Assembly (NCBI GenBank): GCA_963674735.2
Contig: CAXXQS010000002.1
Span: 384,001 to 448,000, forward strand
Direction: 5' to 3'
Source of the DNA: Myxococcota bacterium
GTDB lineage: Bacteria > Myxococcota_A > SURF-8
DNA length: 64,000 nucleotides
Shown piece after piece: positions 18,698-29,430 of the stretch. Positions within the stretch are counted from its first letter, which is position 1. Every line of letters starts with the position of its first letter. The notes under the pieces are model-generated. The model made no database searches and was not told the DNA's origin. It was given only the letters and a program-made list of their open reading frames with translations. A program made the translations under genes and the position numbers.

Positions 18698-19249
18698 TCA
18701 GCGATAAAAGAAGCGGCGACGCAGATGAATGAAACCGGCAAGCAATAAATAAAACAGGGTATAGCCACCCATGGAAATCAACACGGCATTTGACGTCACC
18801 ATGCTGTCCAGATGATCGAGGCTCATTCCCCGACTCTCCCGAGACTGACGCACCGCAGCGGCCAACAGGTCCAAATCCGTATACCCGATTAAAGAAACCC
18901 CGAGCGTAAACAGCAAATTAACGACGAAAAAGAGATACAGCAAGCGGACTCCCCACCGTCGATGCCGCAGGACGGCATACAGGCAGACGACGTTGAGCAT
19001 GAGCAGCAAAACCCCGGCGGCCTTACCCAGCCACGCCAAATCATACGCTTGCAAAAGAATCAAATCGACGGAATCGTGGCGAATCAATACCACCTGAAAG
19101 GTTTGGAACAATCCCCATACCAGAAAGAGGGTGAAGAAAATCATGCCAAAACCAAAACCCTCACCTGAGGCGGACGTCGGTGATGCGACAACATCGGAAG
19201 CCGCCGAGTCCGCCGCCGGGTCCGGTGTGGTCTGGTTGGGATCGCTCAC
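18698..19249 (-). CDS. Hypothetical 4-TM membrane protein
   Basis: Four hydrophobic segments. GTG 19249 has an AAGGAGG SD. Confidence 0.75.
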   Translation of the reverse strand: MSDPNQTTPDPAADSAASDVVASPTSASGEGFGFGMIFFTLFLVWGLFQTFQVVLIRHDSVDLILLQAYDLAWLGKAAGVLLLMLNVVCLYAVLRHRRWGVRLLYLFFVVNLLFTLGVSLIGYTDLDLLAAAVRQSRESRGMSLDHLDSMVTSNAVLISMGGYTLFYLLLAGFIHLRRRFFYR

Positions 19250-19366
19250 AATTCCTCCTTCATCCGGGCGCACAAATCCAAGGGCCGTCCGTCTTACCGC
19301 CGAGACCATCGCTCGGTATTTACATCCTCAATCTCAATCTTAATCGAAACGAATCTCGGCTAGCGC

Positions 19367-20782
19367 TCAAGCACCCGAATCGCTTGACAACAATTCCTCG
19401 CCCATGGCACGCCGTAACGCATAGGCCGCCTGCTTGACTTTCAGTTCCGCAACGATGGCGTCATTCTCGGCCTTGAGTTTCAGCGTCTGAGCCTGCAGCA
19501 GATCGGTGGTGGTGGTTTCCTGTACCTCGTAACGCAGTTGCTCCACGCGCAGGTTCTCTTCGGCTTGCGTCAGGGCCACTTCGGCCACCCGCTGCGACTG
19601 TAAAGCCTCCTCAAGTTCGAGGCGCTTGGACTCCACATCGAGACGAATCCCGTCCTCGGCGGCGTTGATCTTGGCTCCCGCCACATTCTGCTGGGCCTCG
19701 GCGGCACGCAGTTTGTACCAGGTCGCGCCCCATTCCCAGACATGCCAATTGAGCACCAGCCCGCCATAGAACATGTTCTCCGGCTGCACGCCGGGCAAAC
19801 CGTCGGCATACTCGTACATCCCCACCAAATTCAATTCCGGCAGCATGGCTCCGATGGCGGCATGCCTGGCCGCCCGAGCGGCCTGCTGCTGGTGCCGCGC
19901 CGCAACGATGGCCGGACGGTCTTCCACTGCGCGTTTCTGCTGCTCACCCAGACGATCCGCCAATAAGCGCTCCGGCGTTCCGTCGTCATCGTCCATCACT
20001 GGTTCAAGCGGCGCATCGAGGGGCCGCGCCATGTACATGTTGAGGGCCGCACGCGCCAGTTTCGATCCCTTTTCGGCCTGAAACAGCACTTTTTGGATCT
20101 CGGCCTTCTGCACCCGCACCTTCAATAGCGCATTGCGCTCGACAAGTTCGGCATCCAAGTAGGCTTGCACCTGCGTCTCATAAGCCTCGACCTGCTTGAG
20201 TCCGGCGCGGGCCGTCTCGGTGAGTTGCAAAGCTGTGGTCAGATTGTAGTACATCTTGGCCACGTCGAGTTCCAGATCGCGACGCACCTTGACCTGACTT
20301 TGTTTGGCGGCCTTCTCCAATTCGCCCGCCGCCCAGTGACCGGAATACACCTGATAGAGTTGCGTCAGCGGCTGAGCCACGGTCACTTTCGCCATCAGGG
20401 TGCGATCCTCACGTGCCACGATCTCCATCGGGTTGGCGGCCATTTCGGCCAATTGCGCCTTCGTTTCGGCGGGCAAAAGCGGCGCAAGGCCGTCAAAGGC
20501 ACTCAAAAGCGGCGCCAGATCGAATTCCATCGCGAACGGGTCGTCCCAGAACAGCAGGCTCGCATCCGCCATCACCACCGGTCCAAACCGACCCCGCACG
20601 CTCTTTCGCTCGGCCGCCTTCTGGTCCACTTCATACCCGGCAGCCTTCAAATTCTGATTATACTCGACCGCCCGTTGCATGCAGGCGTCGAGTGTTAACG
20701 TTTCCGCCGCTGCCGGGCTGGCCGAGCAGATGGCCAGCACAGCGACGAAAAACAGCGCGATTCCAATACGATACGTGGACAT
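19367..20782 (-). CDS. TolC family outer membrane efflux protein
   Basis: Signal peptide, LTL..C...AVE.N, two OEP repeats, A.ENL.....RY..Q.TT..DLL.AQ. Confidence 0.92.
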   Translation of the reverse strand: MSTYRIGIALFFVAVLAICSASPAAAETLTLDACMQRAVEYNQNLKAAGYEVDQKAAERKSVRGRFGPVVMADASLLFWDDPFAMEFDLAPLLSAFDGLAPLLPAETKAQLAEMAANPMEIVAREDRTLMAKVTVAQPLTQLYQVYSGHWAAGELEKAAKQSQVKVRRDLELDVAKMYYNLTTALQLTETARAGLKQVEAYETQVQAYLDAELVERNALLKVRVQKAEIQKVLFQAEKGSKLARAALNMYMARPLDAPLEPVMDDDDGTPERLLADRLGEQQKRAVEDRPAIVAARHQQQAARAARHAAIGAMLPELNLVGMYEYADGLPGVQPENMFYGGLVLNWHVWEWGATWYKLRAAEAQQNVAGAKINAAEDGIRLDVESKRLELEEALQSQRVAEVALTQAEENLRVEQLRYEVQETTTTDLLQAQTLKLKAENDAIVAELKVKQAAYALRRAMGEELLSSDSGA

Positions 20783-20785
20783 GAG

Positions 20786-21376
20786 TTATCCTTTCCGTCG
20801 AATTCCGTTCATGATGACATCAAACAGAAAATCGATGTGGCGGTGACCGTCGGCAACTGTCAACCGCCGCAACAGCAACTCTTCATGCAGGTTATCAAGC
20901 GCCAGGGTCAACACACGCGCCAGCTGAGACGCATCCCGGCAGGCGATCGCGCCTTCTCCGATACCTTTTTCAATCACGCTTTCGATCAGTTCCATGAAAC
21001 TGCGCTGGTGCTTGGCCGATTGACGCACGATATGCGGCCGCAGTTCGTGGTAAGCATCGAGCGTCATCAACAAATCTTGCATAATTCCAGCCATGAAATC
21101 GAAGTTGGTGCGCATCACCAGGTGGAGTTGCTCCTCAGCATCCCGGCCGCGGCGAAGCGCCATGGCGGATTTCTCCATCAATTGGTAGGCCAGCCGGTCG
21201 ATGGCCGCCTTGAAAAGGGCTTCTTTGTTGGGGAAATAGCGGTAAATCGCCGACTTGACCATCCCCAGTTCGGCGGCGACATCGTCGAGGGTCGTTTTCC
21301 TGTAGCCATGACAGGCAAAACGCCGCGCCGCCGCTTCGAGAATGGCATCGGATTTTTCGGGTTTCGAGTCGGACAC
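20786..21376 (-). CDS. TetR/AcrR family transcriptional regulator
   Basis: ILEAA...FA..GY..TTLDDVA..LGM.KSAIYRYFPNKEALF. GTG 21376 has a GGAGG SD. Confidence 0.93.
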   Translation of the reverse strand: MSDSKPEKSDAILEAAARRFACHGYRKTTLDDVAAELGMVKSAIYRYFPNKEALFKAAIDRLAYQLMEKSAMALRRGRDAEEQLHLVMRTNFDFMAGIMQDLLMTLDAYHELRPHIVRQSAKHQRSFMELIESVIEKGIGEGAIACRDASQLARVLTLALDNLHEELLLRRLTVADGHRHIDFLFDVIMNGIRRKG

Positions 21377-21681
21377 ATCCCCTCCAACAAAATTTTCAAG
21401 ACCCAAACGCACCATATCGTCACAGACATCGGACCACTTGTCAAGCCATTTAAACCGACATACCGACATATTTTCAAGTAATTGAAAGTGGACGACAATA
21501 AACAAGGTTTTCTTAAATGTCAAACTGGTGTGAATTTTCTGTTCTTTTGTTCACAGTCACTGTAGGTCATTTCACACCACACACAGCACCGTCCAAAATG
21601 CAGTACCGACTTAGGCTTGCACCCCTGTCGAAACCTGCTACCATAGCGGTATATGGAACCGGCAACCTGGAGACATCGCCC

Positions 21682-21972
21682 GTGAACCCCGACAACCCAA
21701 ACCCGACCCCCTCTAAAGCCACGCGCCCCGGCCCGTTGGCTCACGCACTCGCGAAAAACAAGCCGTCCTTCGGCTGGCGGCACTTGCTGCTGTATATCTT
21801 CGTTCTGGCTCTGGTGCTGATGTATCTGTACATGAACCGCGTCAGCGACCAGGACTGGAACGCCCCACCGCCCGCACAGGAAGCGGTCAAGCCCGTCACC
21901 ACCTTCCAACTCGAAGCACCGCCGACACCGCAACCATCAGAATCCATGCCCCAGAAAACAAGTACGCCGTAA
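21682..21972 (+). CDS. Small single-pass membrane protein, Pro-rich
   Basis: GTG with GGAG SD, one TM helix (LLLYIFVLALVLMYLY), Pro-rich tails. Confidence 0.6.
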   Translation: MNPDNPNPTPSKATRPGPLAHALAKNKPSFGWRHLLLYIFVLALVLMYLYMNRVSDQDWNAPPPAQEAVKPVTTFQLEAPPTPQPSESMPQKTSTP

Positions 21973-22024
21973 AACACCCATCACCCGTATACATGCTTTC
22001 CTATCTAAACACATGAGAAACTGT

Positions 22025-22053
22025 TTGACATTTCCATCCACGCACACCATGCT
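22025..22053 (+). promoter_or_regulatory. Putative sigma-70 promoter abutting the start codon
   Basis: TTGACA-17 bp-CATGCT, 6 nt before ATG 22060. Confidence 0.5.
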
Positions 22054-22059
22054 GATTTC

Positions 22060-22374
22060 ATGGAAACAGATAACTATCAGAATCAAGACTCTATGGCGGA
22101 TATCCTCTGTGATCTGCTGAAGATGTCCTGGATCTTCTGCTTCATCCTCGCCGCTATTTTCTATTTTCTCGCTCCGGAAAATTGGTGGCAGACCTGCGCG
22201 ACAATCGGGGTCGGCTGGTTTTGGCTATCCGACGATCCGAGTTGTAGCGGATTGGAAACCGCCGCTTGTATTCTTTTCTTCATCTGGTTTCCATGGGAAG
22301 TTGCTCTCATATTCAGCATCATCTGGCTCGTGCTTTGTGTTCCCATTCGAATTCTGAACAAAATCATCTACTAA
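22060..22374 (+). CDS. Small hydrophobic membrane protein (104 aa)
   Basis: Several Trp/Phe/Ile-rich hydrophobic segments, fills the intergenic gap. Confidence 0.6.
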   Translation: METDNYQNQDSMADILCDLLKMSWIFCFILAAIFYFLAPENWWQTCATIGVGWFWLSDDPSCSGLETAACILFFIWFPWEVALIFSIIWLVLCVPIRILNKIIY

Positions 22375-22480
22375 CCCCCTTGCAACCGCAACCCTCCAAT
22401 CCTTAAAGCAGGCTGGTATTTTTGCGCCGCCATGCTATACTTCTCCTCTCAAAACTCACGATCTAAACGGGGAGAAACCC

Positions 22481-24187
22481 ATGGGACGACTCACGCAACG
22501 CCTGATAACGACCCTGATTCTTTCGTTCGCCAGCGCCGTACTTTTCAGCGCCGCCTCAACCGCAGCCGAGACCCCGGCCGTCGAAGCCGCCCCGGACATT
22601 CGGGAAGTTACCGTGTATCCGTCCATGGCGCGCGTCACGCATCGCGGCCCGGTAAGCTTTGCCAAAGCAGGCCCGTTGCGACTCGATCTGCTGAACCTGT
22701 CCGACCGCCTGTTGGAGGAAAGCTTTCAGGTTGGCGGCAAGGGAAGCGCCAAGGTCCGTATTCTGGGAAGTTCGCTCGAACGCGTCTACTTCACACGCGA
22801 AGTGGACACGAAAATTGCCGAGTTGCAAGCCGAACACGATGCCCTGACCCTCGAACGCCGCGCTCTCAACGACCAGCGCGAGGCCGCCGACCAGGAACGC
22901 CAATTCATTTTGGCACTCAAGGCCGCCTATGCCGGAGAACAGTCCAACGCCATGGCGCGCGGCCGCCTCATGGTGGAAGACTGGCGCAAGGCCGGGAGTT
23001 TCGTGCACACCCGCCTGAATGCCTTGGCCGACGACACACGCCAGATCGACACGCAACGCAAAGCCCTCACCGAAAAAATCACCGCTATCCAAACCGAGTT
23101 GGACAAGCTGCGTTCCAAGCGCGGCCGCTGGACCACCACGGCTCACCTCGATCTGGAAGTGGTCAAAGCGGGGGCTTGGAAAGTGGAAGCCGCCTACCTG
23201 ATCGGCGGGGCTCAGTGGGGCATGGTCTACGACGCCCGCCTGTCGAAAAACGCCAAGAAGGTGGAGTTGCAGTGCTTCGCCCAAGTGCGCCAGCACACCG
23301 GCCAGGACTGGAACAACATCGCCCTCACCTTGTCCACCGCACGCCCGTCCATCGGCGGCTCCATTCCCGAGCTCGATTCCCGATACCTCGATTTCTACCA
23401 ACCGCGCCCGCCCATGCCCGTTTCACGTTCCAGCAAACGCATGAACATGGAACAGAGCGTAGGAGCCGCCTACGACGCCGCCCCCGAGGAAAAAATGCGG
23501 GCCACGGCCGAGGCTGACGAAGAGTACGAAGTCGAACTCGTGGCGGCCGATGTCGAAACGGTGGGATTGGCCGTCTTCAGCGCTCCGGGCAAACCGTCGG
23601 TCGCCAGCGACAACCAGCCGCGGCGGGTTTTTCTGCTGTCGAAAAGCTGGGACGCCGCCATCCATTACGAAGCCGTCCCCGAGTTGTCCCCCCACGCCTA
23701 TCTGGCCGTTAAAACGAAAAACCCCTTCGCCTTCCCGATCCTGGCGGGCCGCATGAATCTTTACATGGAAAATAATTTCGTGGGTCGCGCCTGGCTCAAG
23801 GCGGCCCAACCCGAAGAGGAGATGACCCTTCCCTTCGGAACGGATGAACGCATGAAGGTGACGCGCACGCTTCTCAATCGCAAGACCCACGAAGAAGGCG
23901 TTATCAGCAAAACCACACGCATCGAATACCGCTACCGCATCACGGCCACCAACCAGAGCCGCAACGCAGCGGCCACGCTGGAATTGGTCGAACGCCTGCC
24001 GGTGAGCAGCCAGGAAAAAATAACGGTTAAGCCGGATGACGCAACGAAAAAGGCGTGGACGGCCGACAAGGAAAAGCCGGGCATCCTGCGCGCCGATCTA
24101 ACCCTGAAACCGGGTGCAACCATCGAGTTGCCGCTCGTCTTCAATGTGGAATTCCCGCGCGGGAAAAAACTGGTGGGATTGCCGTAA
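22481..24187 (+). CDS. DUF4140/DUF4139 (MuiA-like) secreted protein
   Basis: Signal peptide, I.EVTVYP..A.V, coiled coil, A.W...YDAR, V.Q.TG.DW....LTLST..P. Confidence 0.9.
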   Translation: MGRLTQRLITTLILSFASAVLFSAASTAAETPAVEAAPDIREVTVYPSMARVTHRGPVSFAKAGPLRLDLLNLSDRLLEESFQVGGKGSAKVRILGSSLERVYFTREVDTKIAELQAEHDALTLERRALNDQREAADQERQFILALKAAYAGEQSNAMARGRLMVEDWRKAGSFVHTRLNALADDTRQIDTQRKALTEKITAIQTELDKLRSKRGRWTTTAHLDLEVVKAGAWKVEAAYLIGGAQWGMVYDARLSKNAKKVELQCFAQVRQHTGQDWNNIALTLSTARPSIGGSIPELDSRYLDFYQPRPPMPVSRSSKRMNMEQSVGAAYDAAPEEKMRATAEADEEYEVELVAADVETVGLAVFSAPGKPSVASDNQPRRVFLLSKSWDAAIHYEAVPELSPHAYLAVKTKNPFAFPILAGRMNLYMENNFVGRAWLKAAQPEEEMTLPFGTDERMKVTRTLLNRKTHEEGVISKTTRIEYRYRITATNQSRNAAATLELVERLPVSSQEKITVKPDDATKKAWTADKEKPGILRADLTLKPGATIELPLVFNVEFPRGKKLVGLP

Positions 24188-24201
24188 GCCCGCGAGGCGA
24201 G

Positions 24202-24699
24202 TCAGCCCAAGCGCCGGATCAAGTCCGCCGCAGCAGGATAGGCAGCGGCCAGTGCCACCGGATCGCCGGGTTCGAAATCATCGAAATCGAAACCGGGAGC
24301 AACGGTCGTGCCCAAAAGCGCCCAGCGGCCTCCCTCGATCAGCCGTGTCCCCTGCCAACAGCCCGCCGGGGCTAGCTGTTGCACCCGCTGACCGGCCAGG
24401 ATGTCTCCCCCGACAACCACCCGTTCATGCAGCCCATCCGGATGGAGCAGCAGCATCTCGACCGGGTCACCGAGATAAAAATGGAACAACTCGTCGCTGG
24501 GCAAACGGTGAAGTTTGGAATGATTTCCTGGTGTTACGAGATAGTAAATCGCGGTTGAAAACGTCTTTTCACACGCGTAGCGGGTCGGTAAGGCCGAAGC
24601 GGGGATTGTCTCGCGGCTGCGGTAGCTTTCACGGTAATAGCCGCCCTCGCCGGGCAAGGGAACAAGCCCCAAACGCTCGATCAACTCGCGTGCTTCCAT
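24202..24699 (-). CDS. Cupin_5 (DUF985) family protein
   Basis: LGL.P.P.EGGYYRE.YRS, STAIYYL, S.LHRL.SDE.FHFY.GDP, VAPGFDF.DFE. Confidence 0.92.
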   Translation of the reverse strand: MEARELIERLGLVPLPGEGGYYRESYRSRETIPASALPTRYACEKTFSTAIYYLVTPGNHSKLHRLPSDELFHFYLGDPVEMLLLHPDGLHERVVVGGDILAGQRVQQLAPAGCWQGTRLIEGGRWALLGTTVAPGFDFDDFEPGDPVALAAAYPAAADLIRRLG

Positions 24700-24737
24700 C
24701 AACTATCACCTGTGAACCGGCTTTCCGGCATCATTAG

Positions 24738-26045
24738 CTAGCTTAAGCCCTTGCCCGCCTTGCCGGTGATCCCCTTCGCACCCTTGACCATCGTGTTCAA
24801 GAACATCGACTTCAAAGGCTCGATGGCCAGCGCGGCTTTTAGGGGTGGAGTCTTTTCAAGCATACCGACCATACGTCCCAAGGCACGATGGCTGACTTTG
24901 GTGGGGTCGTCGAACAACAAGGTATGCAGTTTGCCGCGTTCGATGGCCATGGCCACGGTTTTGTCGAACACGCTCTCGGGGGTATACACGCGTTTTTCGC
25001 GCGGCTTCAACGAAATCCCGCCGAATTTGCAGCTCTGGTAACACACCCCGCAGCCCAGACACAAGTCTTCGTCGAGCACGGCCCATTTACGTTTCTGCTT
25101 GCCCTCGCCTTCCTGCTTGATCTCGATGGCATTGACCGGGCAGGCCTTGGCGCACATTCCGCAACCCTTGCACTGTTCGAGGTCGACGCTCATGATCCAG
25201 TTGGACGATACGATGGCGTTTTTGATGTCGTAACGTTTGATGGCGTTCATCATGCCGCAACAGCAACCGCAGCAGTTGCACATATAGGTCAAGCCGCGTT
25301 GGACGTTATCGCCGGTCTGCGCCAGTCCCGCTTCCTTGCATTGCTGCAGAATGTCCATCGCTTCGGAAATGCTGATCTCTTCCGCAATCCCCGCCTTGAT
25401 CATGGGATCCGCCCCGTAGTTGAGCGTCAGGCAGGTGCGCTGCGGACGATCGCAGGCATTGTCCAGATGGCTGTGATGGTGGCGACAGGCGCACAGCGAG
25501 ACGGCCACGCGTTTGGCGGTTTCGATGACTCGGCTGGCGCGCTCCCAGTCCATAATCTCGGTGAAATCGCCCTCAGGTAGAGCTTCTTCACGCGCCAGGG
25601 AACGACCGATCTGGGTTTGTCCCTGAAACACCGCATGGGCCAGCTTGTCTTCCTGGAACATGTACAGTTCGAACAGATGGGCCAGTTCCTTCATGTCGAT
25701 TTCATCGCGAGTGCGCATGAAGGTATATTCGAAAAAGCCGATCACGACCGGCGCAAGAATCGCATAACGGCGGCCCGACAATTCGAGGTCGATCACCAGT
25801 CCACGCACGGCCATTTCGGAGATACGGTCGCCCAGCTCCTGCTCGTTCATACCGATCCGCGCCGCCAACGATTTCACCGATTTCAACCCCAAAGGCAGCT
25901 TGAGCGCCAGCTCGGCATCCTCGGGACTAAACAGCATTTTGAGGATTTTCATGAAGGTCGGCGAATTGGGCGCACCCGTAACCGATTGGTCGAGGTGGCC
26001 TTGCAAACGGTTGTAAAGACGATCGGAGTTGACGATATGACCCAT
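24738..26045 (-). CDS. 4Fe-4S dicluster domain protein
   Basis: CACR, CNCCGCCC, CKGCGMCAKACP and CLGCGVCYQSC motifs, with an N-terminal HTH-like region. Confidence 0.88.
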   Translation of the reverse strand: MGHIVNSDRLYNRLQGHLDQSVTGAPNSPTFMKILKMLFSPEDAELALKLPLGLKSVKSLAARIGMNEQELGDRISEMAVRGLVIDLELSGRRYAILAPVVIGFFEYTFMRTRDEIDMKELAHLFELYMFQEDKLAHAVFQGQTQIGRSLAREEALPEGDFTEIMDWERASRVIETAKRVAVSLCACRHHHSHLDNACDRPQRTCLTLNYGADPMIKAGIAEEISISEAMDILQQCKEAGLAQTGDNVQRGLTYMCNCCGCCCGMMNAIKRYDIKNAIVSSNWIMSVDLEQCKGCGMCAKACPVNAIEIKQEGEGKQKRKWAVLDEDLCLGCGVCYQSCKFGGISLKPREKRVYTPESVFDKTVAMAIERGKLHTLLFDDPTKVSHRALGRMVGMLEKTPPLKAALAIEPLKSMFLNTMVKGAKGITGKAGKGLS

Positions 26046-26116
26046 GATGTCTCCCGAAGTTATTGGGGATTCGTTGGCAAAATCGAATCACCCATTCGAT
26101 AGGTGAAGGGTGTAAT

Positions 26117-27400
26117 TTACTCTATTTTCCCGTATTTGGCCAGTCGCTTCTCGGCGGCTCGTGCATGACCCTCTAATCCCTCGATACGCGCCAAGGCAAC
26201 GGCATCATGCAGCAACGGCGACGCAGAGACATCGTCCTCCATCATCAGCCAGGTATGCACGCGCAGGAAGGTCAACACCGACAAGCCTCCGGTAAAACGC
26301 GCCGTGCTTCCGGTAGGCAGGACGTGGTTGGGACCGGCCCCGTAGTCGCCCATCACTTCGGCGCTGGCCGAGCCGATGAACAAGCCACCGAAGTTGGTCA
26401 AGCGCTTCGACACCGTCTCGGCGTTCTCGGTCATCACTTCCAGATGCTCGGGAGCGAGCCGCTCGCAAACGGCGAGAGCCGCATCCAGGTCCGGCGCAAA
26501 AACCGCAAAACCGTTGTTTAGCGCCGGTTCGGCCGTCGGCCGCGTGGGCAGATCGGCCAGTTGGCGCTCCAGTTCCACATTCACGGCATCGATCAGGTCG
26601 CGGTCAAGCGACACCAACATCGGCAAGGCGTCGGGATCATGTTCGGCCTGGGCCAGCAAATCGGCGGCGATCCAGACCGGATCGGCGCTTTTATCCGCCA
26701 GCACCAGCAGTTCCGACGGTCCGGCCAGCATGTCAATCGCCACCCGACCGGCCACCAGTTGCTTCGCGGCCGTCACAAAACGATTGCCCGGACCCACCAC
26801 TGCGTCACAGGCGGGCACCGGTCCGGCGCCATAAGCCAAAGCCGCCACGGCTTGCGCGCCACCCACGGCCAGAAGCCCGTCGACCCCGGCCACGGCGCAA
26901 GCAGCCAAAGTCTCAACGGTGGGTCGCGGCGACGCAGCCCAGACAGTTTTCACGCCCGCCGCGCGAGCGGTAACGGCCGTCATCAACACGGACGACGGCA
27001 AGGGAAAGCGTCCCCCCGGAGCATAGCAGCCCGCACGCGCCAAGGGCGCGATGCGGTGTCCGGCGCGTCCGTCCGGCATAATCGAATCGACTTCACCCAA
27101 ACACCCCAGCTGAGCCTCGGCAAATTGGCGGATGCGCCGGGCCGTGCGCTCCAGGAGCGCATGCTGCTCGTCGGGTAGGGACGCCAACGCGGCATGCAGG
27201 GCTTCCGGCCCGATCACGAGCGGAGCGTCAGGCGCGATGTCGCCCAAACGCTCGGCATGTTCGCGCAATGCCGTTTCACCGCGCAGCTTGACATCTTCCA
27301 CGATGGCGGCCGCAGCGCTGAGCGTGGCGGCATCCACCGGATCGTGCCGACGACGATCGAGGGCATCGGGCGTGAGAAGTCGCAGGCGCGCTTCGGACAT
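26117..27400 (-). CDS. hisD: Histidinol dehydrogenase
   Basis: [66 protein letters not shown]. Confidence 0.97.
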   Translation of the reverse strand: MSEARLRLLTPDALDRRRHDPVDAATLSAAAAIVEDVKLRGETALREHAERLGDIAPDAPLVIGPEALHAALASLPDEQHALLERTARRIRQFAEAQLGCLGEVDSIMPDGRAGHRIAPLARAGCYAPGGRFPLPSSVLMTAVTARAAGVKTVWAASPRPTVETLAACAVAGVDGLLAVGGAQAVAALAYGAGPVPACDAVVGPGNRFVTAAKQLVAGRVAIDMLAGPSELLVLADKSADPVWIAADLLAQAEHDPDALPMLVSLDRDLIDAVNVELERQLADLPTRPTAEPALNNGFAVFAPDLDAALAVCERLAPEHLEVMTENAETVSKRLTNFGGLFIGSASAEVMGDYGAGPNHVLPTGSTARFTGGLSVLTFLRVHTWLMMEDDVSASPLLHDAVALARIEGLEGHARAAEKRLAKYGKIE

Positions 27401-27421
27401 GGTCCTTCCTCCAACTAATGA

Positions 27422-28678
27422 TTATTCTTTGGCATTGCCGGGTCGACGTGTCACATGCAAGGCACGTCGGTCGAGCTCGCGCTCCACATCGATCAGACTC
27501 GCACCACCGCGCAACATCGCCACCAGGGCGAAATACAGCACGTCGGCCGTTTCCCAAGCCACTTCATCCCGCGTTTCGGCGGCCGCCAGTTCACCCGCTT
27601 CTTCGATCAACTTGGCTTTCAACAAGCGCGGATCGTCCAGCAGACGGCGTGTGTAGGATCCCGGCGGAGCGGCATCGAGACGCGCCTGCAATGTACGTTC
27701 AAGCTGCGCCAACCCACGATCTTCGCCCCAGCAACTACGTGTTTTCAGATGACAAAAGCCGTCACCCGCTTGACGCACGGTAAAGCGCAAAGCATCGCGG
27801 TCGCAATCGAGATCGATACGCAGCAGGGCTTGTGTATCGCCGGAGCTCTCGCCCTTGATCCACAACCCCCGCGAGCGAGAATGATAGACGCCGCGTTTCA
27901 GTTCCACCGCTTTGGTCAAACTTTCGCGATTCGAGTAGACCAGTCCCAGCGCACAGCCGCGCTCGTCAACCACCACGGTGGGCCACAAGCCATCGGGACG
28001 ATCGGAAACCAGCGGTGCCGCGATGGCATCGGCCAGGCTCATACGCCCGCTGTATAGCGCCATACCCACCTGGGCGTCCGCACCCAAGTGATCGATTTTA
28101 GCCAACTCTTCGGGGGTGGTCACGCCACCGGCAACGGTCAGTCGGGCATCTCCGGCCGCTTCGACCAGCTCTTTCACCTGGTCCAGGTTGCTGCCGCCCA
28201 TGCGGCCCTCGCGCTCGACGAAGGTGACCAAAAAGCTTCCCGCCACCTCGCGCAGCTCGCGCATACGGTCGGTAATACGCGCCCCGGTCTTGGTGCGCCA
28301 ACCCTCCACCACCACGTCGCCATGCTCGGCATCCAATGCCGCCATAACGCGTTCTTTCGGCAGTTGCGATAACAGCTCGGGAGTGGCGGCCGTCCCCATA
28401 ATGATTCTCTCGGCTCCGGCATCCAGCCACTCGATGGCGCGTTCGACGCTGCGAATACCCCCACCGACCCGGCAGGGCGCCAAGCGAATGAGGTCTTTGA
28501 TCAGCGCTTCATTCGACCCTTGCGACAGCGCCGCGTCCAGGTCGATCACCGCCACATCCCCGGCCAGCCGGAACGACTCGGCAATGGGACGCGGATCACC
28601 CGCTTCGATAGCTTTTTCGCGTCCACCCACAAGCTGCACGGCCTGACCGTCCATCAAATCGATCGAGGGAATGATCAT
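27422..28678 (-). CDS. hisA/hisI/hisE: Trifunctional fusion: HisA-like isomerase + PR-AMP cyclohydrolase (HisI) + PR-ATP pyrophosphatase (HisE)
   Basis: IIPSIDL..G.AVQL, VGGGIRS, AGGV (HisA); SRSR.LW.KGESSG, DCDRD, FCH....SCW (HisI); SYT..L, K..EEA.E, E.AD.LY (HisE). True start is ATG 28678, overlapping the hisF stop (ATGA). Confidence 0.93.
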   Translation of the reverse strand: MIIPSIDLMDGQAVQLVGGREKAIEAGDPRPIAESFRLAGDVAVIDLDAALSQGSNEALIKDLIRLAPCRVGGGIRSVERAIEWLDAGAERIIMGTAATPELLSQLPKERVMAALDAEHGDVVVEGWRTKTGARITDRMRELREVAGSFLVTFVEREGRMGGSNLDQVKELVEAAGDARLTVAGGVTTPEELAKIDHLGADAQVGMALYSGRMSLADAIAAPLVSDRPDGLWPTVVVDERGCALGLVYSNRESLTKAVELKRGVYHSRSRGLWIKGESSGDTQALLRIDLDCDRDALRFTVRQAGDGFCHLKTRSCWGEDRGLAQLERTLQARLDAAPPGSYTRRLLDDPRLLKAKLIEEAGELAAAETRDEVAWETADVLYFALVAMLRGGASLIDVERELDRRALHVTRRPGNAKE

Positions 28679-29430
28679 GGCCGTACCTCCGCACCTAAAG
28701 CCATCAACTGGCGCTTGATTTCCTTCACTGTCGTATCGCCATCGTGGAAGATCGAAGCCGCCAAAACGGCGTCCGCTCCGGCCTCGATGGCCTCCATAAG
28801 TTGCTCGGCATTGTCCGCGCCACCGGAGGCGATCACCGGCACATTGACCGCCGACGACACGGCCCGCATCAGATCCAGATCGTAACCCGAACGCGTTCCG
28901 TCGCGGTCCCAACTCGTAAGCAGAATCTCCCCCGCACCACGCGCCACACCGTCGCGCACCCATTGCAGCACGTCGAGGCCGGTATCGTGTTTGCCGGAAC
29001 GCACCACCACCTGCCAGCGGCCCGGGGCGCTTTGCTTGGCGTCCACGGCGAGCACCGTGCACTGGCGGCCGAAACGTTCGGCAACCTCTCGTAATAAATC
29101 GGGATGATCCACCGCCGCCGTATTGATACCGACCTTGTCGGCCCCGGCGTCCAGCAGCGCTCGCGCATCCGCAACACCCTTGACACCGCCCCCCACCGTC
29201 AACGGAATCGCGATCCGTTCGCGCACCTTGCGCACGGTTTCGACCGCCGTCTTGCGCCCCTCGGGAGTCGCCGAGACATCCAGCAGAACCAGTTCATCCG
29301 CCCCCTGGGCTTCATACAGCGCCGCCCGTTCCTCGGGGGAACCCGCATCGCGCAAACCTTGGAATTTAATACCTTTTACGACGCGCCCGCCGCGCACATC
29401 GAGACACGGAATAATGCGTCGGGTCAACAT
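28675..29430 (-). CDS. hisF: Imidazole glycerol phosphate synthase cyclase subunit
   Basis: [51 protein letters not shown]. Start ATG 29430. Confidence 0.97.
   Translation of the reverse strand: MLTRRIIPCLDVRGGRVVKGIKFQGLRDAGSPEERAALYEAQGADELVLLDVSATPEGRKTAVETVRKVRERIAIPLTVGGGVKGVADARALLDAGADKVGINTAAVDHPDLLREVAERFGRQCTVLAVDAKQSAPGRWQVVVRSGKHDTGLDVLQWVRDGVARGAGEILLTSWDRDGTRSGYDLDLMRAVSSAVNVPVIASGGADNAEQLMEAIEAGADAVLAASIFHDGDTTVKEIKRQLMALGAEVRP

Noticed and set aside
19367-20782. TolC as type I secretion channel for the giant proteins
   Set aside because: The giant proteins carry Sec/lipoprotein signals and no RTX repeats, and no ABC/MFP partner is present.
28679-29062. 128-aa N-terminal extension on the HisA-I-E ORF (and similar extensions on hisF, tetR and the AMMECR1 genes)
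   Set aside because: The extensions overlap upstream genes or promoters. Homology and SD or ATGA coupling point to the downstream starts.
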